This document shows positions 9,970 to 26,760 of a stretch of 64,000 nucleotides of DNA, piece by piece. This DNA is from Chlorokybus atmophyticus (taxonomy: Eukaryota > Plantae > Mesostigma and Chlorokybus algae): positions 521,378 to 585,377 of the forward strand of contig RHPI01002069.1 in the NCBI GenBank assembly GCA_009103225.1, read 5' to 3'. The notes under the pieces were generated by a model, which made no database searches, was not told where the DNA came from, and worked only from the letters and a program-made list of their open reading frames with translations. Numbering within the stretch: the stretch's first letter is position 1; every line of letters begins with the position of its first letter. A program made the translations under genes and the position numbers.

Positions 9970-10569
9970 CTGCCCAAGAATATAAGCCGTCAATAGTTGA
10001 AGTTTGCAAGTGCACAAACACACAAGTTGTGCACTGCAAAAGTGTCAAAATCACTTGATTTTGTCTCGTCAAGTTTCAAGTGTGTTACGTGGAGTATACA
10101 GCTCAAACAAGAGCTCCCCACACAACTCTCAACTAGACACTTGCTTAGAAACAAACCGCACGCGAATTCACGCGGCGGTTCACAAGTTACAGCTTGTCAA
10201 AGTTTGCACTTTGTACAACTCAACTCAACCCACAATTGTAATTGACACACAGGGTGCCAAATCTCGTTGAATCAACCCTACAGGGTGATATCAGCGAGTT
10301 GTGAGTTGTGAGTCTGACTCTGGCCGCACAGAATGACTCTGGCGGCCTCACCGCACTGACTGGCGGTAACGACAGCCGATGTTGCCACCGGACTGTCTCA
10401 CAAGGGGGGTCAAACCCTTTACACCACCACGAATCCACGTGGTGGCCAGCACAAGCACACACAAGTGGTTATATATATATAAATCACTATGTGATGTGCT
10501 GGGCATGCAATACTGAGGGGGAAGGCTGCCTGAGTGGCCGCCTCCCCTACACGCAAGCTAACAAGCTCG

Positions 10570-10790
10570 GCTAGGCTAGGGCAGGGCAAGCTAGGCTATG
10601 CAAGGCAAGGCAAGGCAGGGCTAGGTAACTAGCCTACACCAGCAACAGCGTTTTAATAATAACAACAACAACAACAACTACCACCTAATAACTACCACTA
10701 GTTGCCGCCGCTGCAGTCGCCTGCCGCCTGCTGCCGCAGTCGCCTGCCGCCTGCCGCCGCAGTCGCCTGCCGCCTGCCGCCGCCCCTTCC
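10570..10790. repeat. Simple and tandem repeats in the retrotransposon 5' leader
   Basis: Pentamer runs (ggcta/ggcaa/ggcag), (aac)n, and ~3 tandem copies of gcagtcgcctgccgcctgcc at about 10712-10785. Confidence 0.8.
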
Positions 10791-10809
10791 ACAGGCTCTT
10801 CACGCCCGT

Positions 10810-10821
10810 GCTCCGATACCA
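10810..10821 (-). other. Primer-binding site, tRNA-iMet type
   Basis: Minus strand TGGTATCGGAGC one base after the 5' LTR; 11/12 match to the plant iMet PBS TGGTATCAGAGC. Confidence 0.85.
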
Positions 10822-10822
10822 A

Positions 10823-11168
10823 TGTAAAGAGACTAGAGGGGGTGTGCCCCCTCCTCCCTTTAATCCCCTACCCCAACACCACCACCAGCCACGACGCCAC
10901 CGCCGCCGCCGCCAGGGGAATCTGCCGGAGCAGAAGATCCCCTGGCTATGGCGGCCGCTGCGTTAGCAGCGCCGCCATACGGCTGATATCGACATGAGAC
11001 TCATGTCTCATGTCGATATCAGTGTTACAATTAAGTAACACTACATTAGGGCCTTAACGCTAGGTTAACGGCCCTAATATGGCTTAATAGACTGTATAAT
11101 CCCGTTGGGACCCTTATTTAATCCTAAATAAGGGCGGGGAACCTCTATGGAGGTAGCACACCGTTACA
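10823..11168 (-). repeat. 5' LTR (346 bp)
   Basis: Near-identical copy of 4263-4608, followed on the element strand by the PBS. Confidence 0.98.
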
Positions 11169-12385
11169 GCAAGCCTTATGCTCAGCAACATCATGCAAAC
11201 ACATGCCCCATAACAACTTATATGTGACACATGCCCCACATTCTATATGATTAGTAAAAAGCTTTGTAGCAATGTGCTGCACCAAGCATGCCATTAATGC
11301 ATAATTCGTGATCATAAAATGCCATTATGCGTGATCGACATATGACTCACATGCATTATGACCACTGCATAAACAAGTTTCATTAATTAAATAAAGCAAC
11401 TTAGATTAATTTGGGTGGGCAACTCATACCATTTCATATTTAAGGCAAGTTTAGAACTTCAATGTGCATAATTTTCTCATATGTATCGAGCATTATGCTT
11501 CGTTACTTGTACGTTTATACTTGCGATGTTCAACCCCTTGTCATGTAGTGCTGCTTCTCCTTCACGCCCCTCCCACTAACTCGCATACCCGATCAATAGA
11601 CTCAAAGCAACCAGGCAAAAGCAAGTAATGCAATATGGACATGTGAGCAGGAGTTGAGAGTGCAGCATTAACATGCAGTCAACATGTGAGGGGTTCGCTA
11701 ACAGGTCAAACATCAAGTTTGCCAGTTTGTGAGAGCCAACAACAAAAAAATACAAGCAGGTCACCGCCAGGACGATGCGGGATCTTCGTTACAGCTTTAG
11801 CAGATGTTGCTGCTTTAATGCACGATGATGTTGTGTAGTGGTTAAGAGCTTGAGTTGGCATGGATTCAGAAGCACTTGTGTGATGTAGTGATAGCCCACA
11901 AATTCGTGCGCTTCTGTGTAACACTTCATATAATAGGTAGTATGAACGTCGAAATAGGGGTTGAGGGGTTCGGGGCAGCAAACAAGCAGGTAACCAGCAT
12001 ATGGTATCATAGGACATGCATAGTGGACACACGAAGTAGACAAGTAGGCTAGCAAAGCAAAGCATTATGCAGCATGTTAGCCAACAAGTCAGCCATCACA
12101 ACAATGGCATGCTAGTCCCGGAATGATGCATACACATGGTGCACATTAGATGGTTGGTGGGAGGCATCATCACTGATATTGTTTATTTTACGTCGACGTC
12201 AAGGTCAACCTCTGATTGGTGCCTGTGAGCGGGCTTTGCAAGCAAGCGTGGTTTGCCATGATGACACGGTGCGTCATGGGCGTGCAGGAAGGTGGTGTCA
12301 ACAGCGGCGAAGTGTGCGCGTATGAATAAGCCGTTATATGTATAGGAGCAATGTACAAAATCAGTTACAGTAGTTGTGAGAGTAC

Positions 12386-16880
<4,495 letters not shown>

Positions 16881-16911
16881 GGTAGCCTACACCAGACCCG
16901 ACACTGCACGT

Positions 16912-17071
16912 TTTTGGCGGGAAAACACTGGCACCTCTAACAGCATTTATGCAACACACTGTGCTAACGCCAACGATTTGCGTTCAAGCCATAGACACGG
17001 GTTCATGTAAGCAAGGACCTGCGTCCATGCTTATAGCCGACACATCCGTCAGCTTGCTTAGTGGCGGGAAA
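16912..17071. promoter_or_regulatory. E2F-type binding sites in the MCM6/AASDH divergent promoter
   Basis: TTTTGGCGGGAAAA at 16912-16925 (overlapping inverted TTTSSCGS sites) and TGGCGGGAAA at 17062-17071 (reverse complement TTTCCCGCCA). MCM genes are established E2F targets. Confidence 0.7.
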
Positions 17072-17121
17072 CCCGCCCGGGTTAAGAGCACTGATAACAG
17101 CTGCTGCAGCTCGTTGTCGGC

Positions 17122-20100
17122 ATGGCCGACGGTGGCGACGGGGGGCTGGTGGACCTCTTCGAGGCGGTGGCGAGGTTGCGGTGGAGACACAGGGCTGTGG
17201 TTCAGGTAGACACGGAAAGCGAAGCTGCGGCGCAGGGGGATGACTGGAGCTACGCTGACCTGCACAGCTGGGTGCAGGCGCTCGTGGCGCCTGTCATTGC
17301 ACACGTGGAGCAGTGGAGACAGCGGAGGAAAGACAAGAAGGTGGATCCGGATGATGTGGATGTGCCCATTGTCGGCGTCCACCTGCCGCCGTCGCCCGTC
17401 TACCTCGCTGCGGTCCTCGCTGTCCTTGCCGCCGGCGCCGCCTTCATGCCCTTAGACATGCTGCTGTAAGGATTGCACTCATACTGCATTTGTACAATTG
17501 TGTTACGCCAATAGCACAGCAAAAAGCAGGACAGTTTGACAGCATTTTCTCAATCTAGCCTTTGCATGTGTGTTGAAGCATGTGTGGAGACCGGCAGCCG
17601 GTTAGCTTCTGCAGTGCATGCTGCAAGCTACGCCATCATGTCACTTCATGCATGCTGCTGTTTAGCTCTTGCACGCAAGTGGGCAGAGTCTCACTGCTGT
17701 TCTGTTGTCGTGCTTATAGGCCGGCGGGTCGCCTAAGGACAATCGTCACGCATGCACAGCCATGTTTACTTCTCTCTAAGACGACGCTATCCATGCATTG
17801 GTTGGCCGGGGAAGCAATCCCAGTGTTGCTAGTGGAGTCAGTGGTTGTAGACAGTATACCAGCGAATCCTCCCACCCGGCGCTTGGTTCAAGCTGACAGT
17901 GTTGCAGCTGAGCGGAAGTTCTGCTATGTGCTATACACTTCGGGATCCACAGGCATCCCGAAAGGCGTGTGTGGCACGGAGATTGGCCTTGTCGAGCGCT
18001 GCCTCTGGATGCATAAGACGTTTCCTTATCAGAGTGGCGATGTCTGCTGTTTCAAGACGGCCATTGGCTTTGTTGACCACTTGGCGGAGGTGAGACCCAA
18101 GTCTTGGTGGTGTTGGTTAACCCACGCAACTGACCTAATCAACAATTGTTGTGCAGGCATTTGCACCTCTTCTGGCTGGAGTGCCTGTCGTTGCCATCTC
18201 AGCTCCATTGACCGGTCCACATACCGCGGACTTGTTGCATGTTTTCAAGGCACGTATGTTTCTGGCTGTCCACAGCCAAGCTGCTTGCTCACTACTGTCA
18301 TACCTGCAAATCAAAGCTAACAGCTGGCAGCAGTTTTGACTGGGCAACTGCATCAACCGCAATTACGTGTGCAGGAATGGCAAGTCACGCATCTGACGAC
18401 AGTACCGTCGCTATTGAGAGTGTTGCTCCCGTACCTGACAGCCGCGCCCAAGCTGAGATTCATCGCCAGCAGTGGCGAGCCTCTCACGTGGGGCCTAGCA
18501 CAAGCAGTACAGGATGTTTTACCAGGCGCAACGCTTGTCAACATATATGGCTCAACTGAGGTATATGGCCTTGTGTGAGAAGTCAGCGCCCATCACAATC
18601 AACGCTCTTTCTTCACTTCATATCCCCCATGCAGCATGCTGGTCGCTTATTTGTGTGTCTTGTTGCAGGTTGCTGGGGACTGCAGCTACTTTGAAGTTTG
18701 CCCGTCCAACCAAGGGGGAAGTGATAACGAGTACGTTCCAATTGGTCGACCCCTTGCAAACTTCCGTTTGCATGTGCTGGATGAGCGTCAACAACCCCCA
18801 CACACAGGCACGGTCAGACACAGGCTTAGACAAGTGACAGGAGCCAGGAGCTGAAGCCTCGGACAACGATTGATTGCAACCGCTGTTGTGCAGGCAGGTA
18901 CTCTTTATGTCGAGGGCCCTGGCGTTGGTGCAGGATACTTGCGACTGCCTGAAGAGACCCCTGCCAAGTTCGTTGTGGCTGATAAGTGCCATCATCACCA
19001 ACGTCTATATGCAACTGGCGACATTGTTCGCTGGACAGACGCGGGCCTGTGCTTCATTGGCCGTGAAGACTTGCAGGTGCTTGTGCTTGATTCTGCACTC
19101 CTTCTTGTAGGTGCATCATGTAGGTGTTTGCTGCACCGCAGCATGGGAGTTGTGCCTTGTTGGTAGTACCCCTTGACTGCACTCAAGGTTGCGCAGGTCA
19201 AAGTGAGAGGCGTGAGAGTGGACCTATCTGAGATTGAGATCATATTAGGTCGCCACCCTGGTGTGGCAGAAGTGGCAGTGCGACATTGGACGAATGGAAT
19301 TGATGCTCGCATAGCAGCTTACGTTGTCCCCAGAGGCAATGATGCAGCTGTCAATGTGAGACTGCCAAGAGCACTTGTCAAGTCTGCTGAGGACAACCTG
19401 CCTGCAGCCGCTGTACCTGCTGCCGTTGTATTGCTGTCTGAGTTGCCGCGCACGCCAGCAGGAAAGCTTGATCGCATCGCGCTGCCTGAGGTGCGTTGGG
19501 CAGAACATATAGCATTTGCTGACAGTTTCAATGGAGCGGCGGCCAGCGCAAATGAAGCAGTCAATAAAGTGATTCAAGTCTTTTCGCGTGTTCTGGCATG
19601 CAACATGCACCCAGATAGCGACTTTTTTGCAGCGGGCGGCAGCTCTATCACGGCTGCGCTTGCAGCGCATGAATTGCACATCGACCTTCACGCCCTTTAT
19701 GAACGGCCAACAGCACGCTTGCTTGCTGCCGCGAGAGAGAACAGATACCGACCAACAAGAGTCCCACAAGCAATCGAGTTGAAGCAGCCGCAAGCCAAAC
19801 GACAGAAAACTGCCAAGCATCCGCGCTTGCCTGCACCGCTTACGAATGCTGAAGCCACGCAAGTTGACACAAGGGGCATGCAGTGGCAGTATGCCTTCAC
19901 ACGCAGCAATGGCGTACGCATGTTGAAGCCTGAAGCTTCACTTGCACCAATGGACCCCATTGGGACTGAAACACCTCACTGCTTTGAGCCACAGTGGGCT
20001 ATTGACCTACAGCAGTGTGTGGATGCTTCACCGCTGATATTGGCAACAGGAAATGAGAGTTGGCGTGTTTTTATCGGATCTCATGCCCACAAATTTGCCT

Positions 20101-21320
20101 GCATTGATGGGGCTACAGGGAGAGAAGTCTGGGTGACCGATATTGGGGGGAGAGTTGAGTCTTCAGCAACTGTTACAGCTGATGGCCTGCAGGTTGGTCA
20201 GAACTGAGGACTCCCTTTTTGCATGCATCCTTTACTACGCATTGCATTGGTGCACATGTGCTGCTACTCATAGTTGAGTTCTGCATCAGGTTGTCTTTGG
20301 ATGCTACGACTTCAGGGTGTACTTCTTATCCGTTGATACTGGAGCTATCTTAGGCCGTTTTATCACCCAAGGGGAAGTCAAATGTTCACCAGCGATTTCG
20401 TGGAATGGCATTGCATGGTGAGTGATGTTGTTAGCCTCCATCTTACCTCACATGCTAAAGCGGGCAGTGTTTTATACATCTGTCCTCAACAGTCTCTCTT
20501 TGCACAGGTGTGGCTCACATGATCATTGTATCTACGCCATACATCCTGAGACCTATCAATGCATATGGCAGCACCGGTACGGAGGCAGCGTGTTGGCTTC
20601 CCCAGTGTTTGACGAGCGCCGTAGACAGGTTTACATCACTGCACAAGATGGATGCATCCAGGCGTTGGAGGAAAACATTGATGGCGTCCGCATTCTTTGG
20701 ACGAGCCGAGCTGATGCGCCCATCTTCTCCACTCCTGCAATCGACAGCAAAACAGGCACGCTGTTCGTTGCCTGTGTCAATGCACAGGTTCTGGCGCTGT
20801 CCCAGGCGGGGGAAGTGTTGTGGAAGGTATCAGACTTTCCATTTGTTTGCATCGCACATACTCCTGTGCACCCTTGACAAGCCTGTTCATGCATTTTTAT
20901 ACAACTGCTTGTCTGCAGATGGAGGTGGGTGGCCCCGTCTTTGGCGGATTGACCAAGCATTTTGAAGTCCTCCTGGCTCCGTGTGCAGATGGCAAGCTAT
21001 ATGTGCTGTGCATGCGCACTGGTCGCCAGCTTTGGCGACATACCTTCACCGCATCGGTGGTGATGTCTCCTTGTGTTGTACACATTAGCGATGAGCAACA
21101 TGCGACAACAGAGCTCGCACTGGTTGCCTCATCTGATGGGCTGTTGTCGCTGCTTGATGTCAGCAAATGTATGGGCACTTTATCTCAAAAGGAGAGCTTG
21201 CAGACCGTTATGGCGCAATGGAAGTTGCCAGGGCCGGTTTTCTCCTCACCGGTGTTGTTTCGCAACTTTGCGGTTGTCGGATGCAGAGACAACTACGTTC
21301 ACTGCCTGAGACTGAACTGA
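17122..21320 (+). CDS. AASDH: NRPS-like acyl-activating enzyme of the AASDH/ACSF4 type (adenylation, carrier and PQQ-like beta-propeller domains); multi-exon
   Basis: YVLYTSGSTGIPKGV, NIYGSTEV, PIGRP, LYATGDIV, GREDLQVKVRGVRVDLSEIE (A domain); DFFAAGGSSITAA (phosphopantetheine Ser); repeated W-containing propeller blades (GGRVESSA, GGSVLASP, APIFSTP, GPVFSSP). Confidence 0.93.
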
Positions 21321-23039
21321 GGCCATGTTGAGGCACCACACGGCCATTGTGGTCTTGTCAGCTGACAGATCGCGCATCAAGACTAAAGGTGCGTGAACTT
21401 GATGGACTGCGTTGTTGACGACATCATACCACCATAACATGTTGCTGTGTTGCTCACTGGTACATGCAGGCGCGACACATTAATGGTGTAAGACCAAGGC
21501 CCGCACATCATCACATTCTGAGGAAGAGTCCGCTTTTTCTGTCGGTGTCCTGCAACCAGCACTTGGGAGTGTCCCTGATCTGCCATGCGTACTCAGGCCT
21601 AAGGTCAAGGCTTGTGCATGGTACGCACAAAGAGTAGTTAGTACTACGGCGTTCATTGCTTGGGGTGAGAGGGCCTTAAACCCCATCACCAAGTTTCTGC
21701 CTGCACAGGCTGTGTCGCTCTGAGCAGTATGCCACGTCAATGGCTGACGAGCCTTGGGTGATTGCTCAAGCAAGCAGTTTTTCGTTATGAACAGGTCAGT
21801 CATCATGGGCAGACGTCTGCAAGTCTCCAGCTGCATGTGCCAAGGGCTGTAAGCAGCTGCGCTTCTGACTGACCGCTGCAAATCAGCTGATGCCAGTGCA
21901 CACCAGCTCCTTTTTTGCTTATGCGACTCCTTCACCTGCCATCATTTCAAGTGCCCAACCGTCTTCTTCCATCCTCATCAGCATTCACGTAATGACAACG
22001 TGGCAACAGCATACCTTGCATTGGATGCCCGTTGCTGGCCAGCGCTCCCAAACAGGATGAGCTTATGTGAGGAGGAGTCTCAGTGATGTAATTGAAGCCC
22101 ATGGCTGTGCCATTCGGGCGTGCACACCATGGTTTCCTTTAGTGTTGTGCATAATGCGTCATCAAGGCAACCATCAGGCTTGCGTGGCTGTCTTAGTTAT
22201 GCGCTGCTGCATTGCTGGAGTAGAAGTTTTCGTATTGGACGGTTACAAACTTGCGGGCAGCTGTATGGCAGCTTTGTTGGGGTACTAATTAGTAATGGAA
22301 ATTGTGAGACCAGTTTGTTTGCGTAGTGTACCTAGCTTTTCAAGATCATGCTAGCAATATGGTGCTCGCAATGATGTAGTGCTACAGCAGGGTCAGTACT
22401 TGTGGCTCAGCAGCTGGGAAGCCAGCCTCCTGTGGACTTAATGCCCCATAGTTTTCCGTGCAGCAGTCAAGATTGCGATGGTGTGTGTTGCACTGTCGTG
22501 GGGGGTTGCAAGCCGCCGAGCCAATGATGCAAGTACTTATTGTTGTGCTCACTGATGAATGCACTACATGTGCATCAAGGTTACCATAGAGCAACTGAAT
22601 GCTGGTCTGGACCCTCAATGTATTTCAGATTGTTGTGGTTTGGTGGTCGCGAGAGAGAGAGGATATGCCGTGTACATGTATGATGTTGTGGTGCGGTGTG
22701 GTGTGGTGTACACAAGGGATATGCTGCTGTGCCAGCATGCATGCTGTGTCCGCACATCCCATGTACATGTGGACTTACAGTAGTGGTTCCCTCTCTCTCG
22801 TTCTATGTTGCTTGTGGCTTGCACCTTCGTACCTCAGCTTTATGCAGGAAATTGAAAGGAAGCAAGAGTGCCTGCTCAAGTCTTGAACACCGGTCTCACT
22901 AACAGTGTGCTGCCAGTCAATGTGCTGAATGTGCGACCACTTCTCTTTGTGGGCTATATGCTGTACATGGCCTAGTACATGACGAGCTAAACTAGCTTAT
23001 GAACAACCTAAGGCTGCACCATTCAACACCTCTTGCAAG

Positions 23040-25735
23040 TTACCCTGCTTGCCCTCCACCTCGTCTGAACGATTGCGAAATGCGAGCGCTGCCGTCCCTG
23101 AATGAGGCAGATACCGCTGCTGTGCTGGACAGCAGATGATACCTCAGCCATAAGAAGGCTGACAAGATTGTGCTCCTTATGCGTGCAGTGTTGGCTGCTG
23201 TTCCGATTGTAATGTAGTCCACAACACCGGAAAATGCGCGGCCAACATCTGAAGCAGACCGTTGCACCGTGGAGTCTGCCTTTGCAAAGGTCTGTGAGCG
23301 ACCTGATGCCTCAGGCCGCTCATCGCGTGCCGCAGATGCGGGCTTATTCACTTCACTTGCTGTCCTGATGCCTTCCGGAGAAGAGACTTGCCGACCAACC
23401 GTGTTGGTTGCGGCTTCTCTACCTGTGGCAAAGGTAATAGGGTGAACATCACTTACTGCATCATCAACAGTGCATGAAACTGAACAATTGATCACTGACT
23501 TGGAGAGATAGCAGCTTCAGTTGCGCGCGTAGCTGCCTCCGCCTTTGTTGCGGAAGCCAGCCTTTCCGCTGCCTCGGCCTGCTTCACAGCAGCGCCATCA
23601 GCGGCAGCACCGGAGATGAGAGTGGTGGCGGCTTGGCTGACAGTCACAGCTTTTTTGGGTTGTAGCCTCCTCGTGTAGCCTGTGCGCACAGACTGAGATG
23701 TTGCGAGGACACGCGCATCCAACGCAAAGCTTTGTCTATACAGAGTGCTGTTGCACAGGTGGCTAGTTATTTAACACTTACCAAATGTGCGTATAATGGC
23801 GCTCTGATCATCGTAGTCAAAGTCACGCAGAATGGCAGGAAGCGCCTCCTCACTGATCTCATGTGCATCTGCAAACCCCCAACGCTTCTGCACATCCTGT
23901 TACAAGCAGGCTGTCATCCACACCGAAAAGTATGTCGCACAGAACCGCAACTTGCTGACCAACAAACTACTGTTCCTACATTTTTGATCGCTGCCGGCAG
24001 GCTGCGGTGGTCCAGCGCATTTTTCCACTGCAGCATCTCTTCCCGTGTCAGATAGCTGCCACAACCACCATGCATTACCTTGGTTTAGGCATGAAGTACA
24101 ACTGCAAGTTGTGTACCTCCCGACACGTGCTGCTTGTTGACCATTCAAAACACTTAGGACATCACGCCAAACACGCAACAACACACAGACATGCTGGTCT
24201 TGCTTGCACCAACTGTCTGGTATCTACCTGTCTGGTCGGAAGTACATTGACTCCTGCTTGGTGCTCCCGTCAAGTTGGCTGGGTATAAGTCCAGCTTCAG
24301 CCAGCCCTGCACCCACACACTACATTGATGCAATCCCAGTACTGTAAGCACAGTCAAGTCCTACCCTTGTCAGTTGACCGCACCCTGTATGACTGGGAAA
24401 TCCGGGTCACTGATATGAACGTCCCTGAAAGCAATCGGGCTGCTCGCGGCTGTGGCTGGACTTGCTGGGAGTATGCGCTTGGAGAGCTGTCCCCTGCATG
24501 AAAGGTGGGTTGACACTCACCCAGCATTTGAGACAATTCACAATGCATGCAACTGAACTCCACTAAGTGATGACGACATTCACATGTGCATCACTCACAA
24601 CAACAACGTACTTATACAGCGTGTTGCTGGCTGAGAGCAACCATCGTGCATAATTGCGACGCGTGCACATGCTGGTAGCATCCACTCCGTTGTCCATCAT
24701 CTGCGAGAAGGTGTGAGACATCACACCTGTCACTTCTGCCAGCACGCTCAACATCAAGCGTCCTCACCCCAATGGCCTTGAGCAGCGATACAGCGTTTTT
24801 GTGAATGGCGTCCTTGTCGGTTTCCGCAGCGAGTTGCTGCATGTGTTCCAGCTGCGTGGCCTCGCGATGCGCAACAAAGGGTAACGTTCTGGCAGCTGCA
24901 GACAGCGGCCCGGAAACCGCTCTTGGCACAACTATCCTGCCTTGCTCTGCGACGAAGCAACATCAAGTTTGCCATGCTGTTCATTGTCGATGTGAAGTCG
25001 CATAGCAAAGCATAAGCATGCAATGCTGCATTGGTCGACAAGAAGCAAACGCACAACTTCTCGTACGTGCTGATCTGGCCAGCACAAGTGTGAGCGCAAC
25101 TCCAGCGGTCACAAAGATGGCAGCTGCAGCAGCTCGCAACACTGACCAAACAAGCTGTCAGTGCCCGCAACATTACAGCTGGCGATCAGACATTGTGACA
25201 TGCATTGCACGTGCATTTACCAAGTTTGAATGGAGTTCCTGGTGTCGGCACTATGGCAAGCAACATGTTGCGTCAGTATGCTGGTTAACTACATCAGCCA
25301 TGTAACAATCTGCACTCGCTAAAGTGTGAATTGGAAAAACACACCTGCGCGGCCGTCCCAATCAACTGAGTAGTCAGCTGTCTGAGTCCAGTCTGTACTA
25401 ATCAGCGCTTGAGAAGGCTTCTCATCCTCATCAAAACCTAGTCCCAGGCCAAATGGCGCGCCGACAAGGGGAGAGGTTGCTTCAGGTGGTGTATCGTTGC
25501 CGTGTGCATCGCGATCACTGTTGCTGCCAGCCGACGACTGTTGCTCGACTTCAACAGGTGGATGACTTTGTCTGTCTGAGCCTGTGCTGTGAACCATTTG
25601 TAGTGGTTGCTGCCGTCGTCTGGCAAGGCTTGGCCGCGCATGCGGTTTGTGCCATGGTCTGTATATGCTTCGACAGGTGAACACCGCCGGTGATGGATGC
25701 AAGCTTCGTAGTGCCAGCAGCTGAGAACACACCAT
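23040..25735 (-). CDS. Unidentified multi-exon protein with a transit-peptide-like N-terminus
   Basis: Protein-like ORF segments 25735-25340, 24930-24745, 24757-24590, 23722-23492 and 23495-23040, several bounded by GT/AG. Arg/Ser/Pro-rich N-terminus. No family recognised. Confidence 0.45.
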
Positions 25736-26760
25736 CGCTAGTATCGCTGCACCTGTTCACGACGAACCTGTTTGGTTCAAGCGCGTATCGAGTTGCTCAG
25801 CACAGTGTCGCAACGCTATGGCACGTTTGTGGGCATGCATGTTGGTCAGCAAAACAAGTCTGTGCAGCTTGCGATACAAGTCGGCCCCCGCACCCACCAC
25901 TCACCACCCCTCCTCAATAACAACATTCCAAATGATTCAACAAGTTTCCCCCCCGCACACTTGCGAAACGATGTGTACTAGCTAACAGCTGCTTACTCCT
26001 GCGCAGATGTTTGAGCGCATGTAGCCGGCCAACCCATGCACCCGGTCAATCCATGCACAAGGCACTGCTGTAGCACTTGCTTTTGCACGTGTTTTGTCAG
26101 ACGTTTTGCAGTGTAGCCAAACGGGTTTGATCAATGTGACTGGCGTATAGTTCTGGAGCAACGGTCAGAAAACAACACAGTTTGCAGCACAATGCATGCA
26201 TGGTAGTGTTATTGAGCTCCTATAGTCAATGTAGGCAGCACAGGTGCCTATTACGGCAGGTAAAACAGGAGACGTCCCTGGCAAGCGTTCACGTCACTAA
26301 TGGCGTGCCATTGGAGCGCTGCCCCAATGACCACGACATTGTTCGGCTGAAACCCTTTCTCAGCAGCGCCATGCAACAAACACTAACAAAGGCACGCTTA
26401 GCTGCTCACCGTCACGAGCCCTTCAGCTCAGCGCCAGCATCCAGCAGCGGACGGTGCCCTCCTAGTCTAGCCACACCCGTTGCACCGTAACTTTCCACTC
26501 CACTCCAACCCGACACCGCCACGACCGCCGCCGCCGCCGCCAAGGCCACCGCCAGCAACCCACTCGCAGCAGTGGTCGTCACTGCCAGCCAAATTGGAGG
26601 GCGCCACCGTGGCAGAGAGATCGATTGAATCTCTCCGCTGCCTGCCGCTTCATCGGAGAAGAGAGGAAAACCGCAACTCACCACAATTGAGTGAGGAAAA
26701 AGGCCTCAAACACGGGCTGCGGCTTTAGTGCCAGGCTTTCTGTCGGCAAGCAGCACGGCC

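Larger units (their letters stand above)
4263..11168 (-). mobile_element. Full-length Ty3/gypsy LTR retrotransposon (chromovirus), recent insertion
   Basis: Two 346-bp LTRs (TG...CA) differing at 2 positions; 5-bp TSD GCAAG at 4258-4262 and 11169-11173; PBS, PPT, gag with CCHC knuckle, PR-RT-RH-IN order and chromodomain. Confidence 0.99.

Noticed and set aside
11576-12065. Minus-strand ORFs between the 5' LTR and the MCM6 3' end
   Set aside because: Short, Cys/Leu-rich and motif-free; more likely 3' UTR or intergenic.
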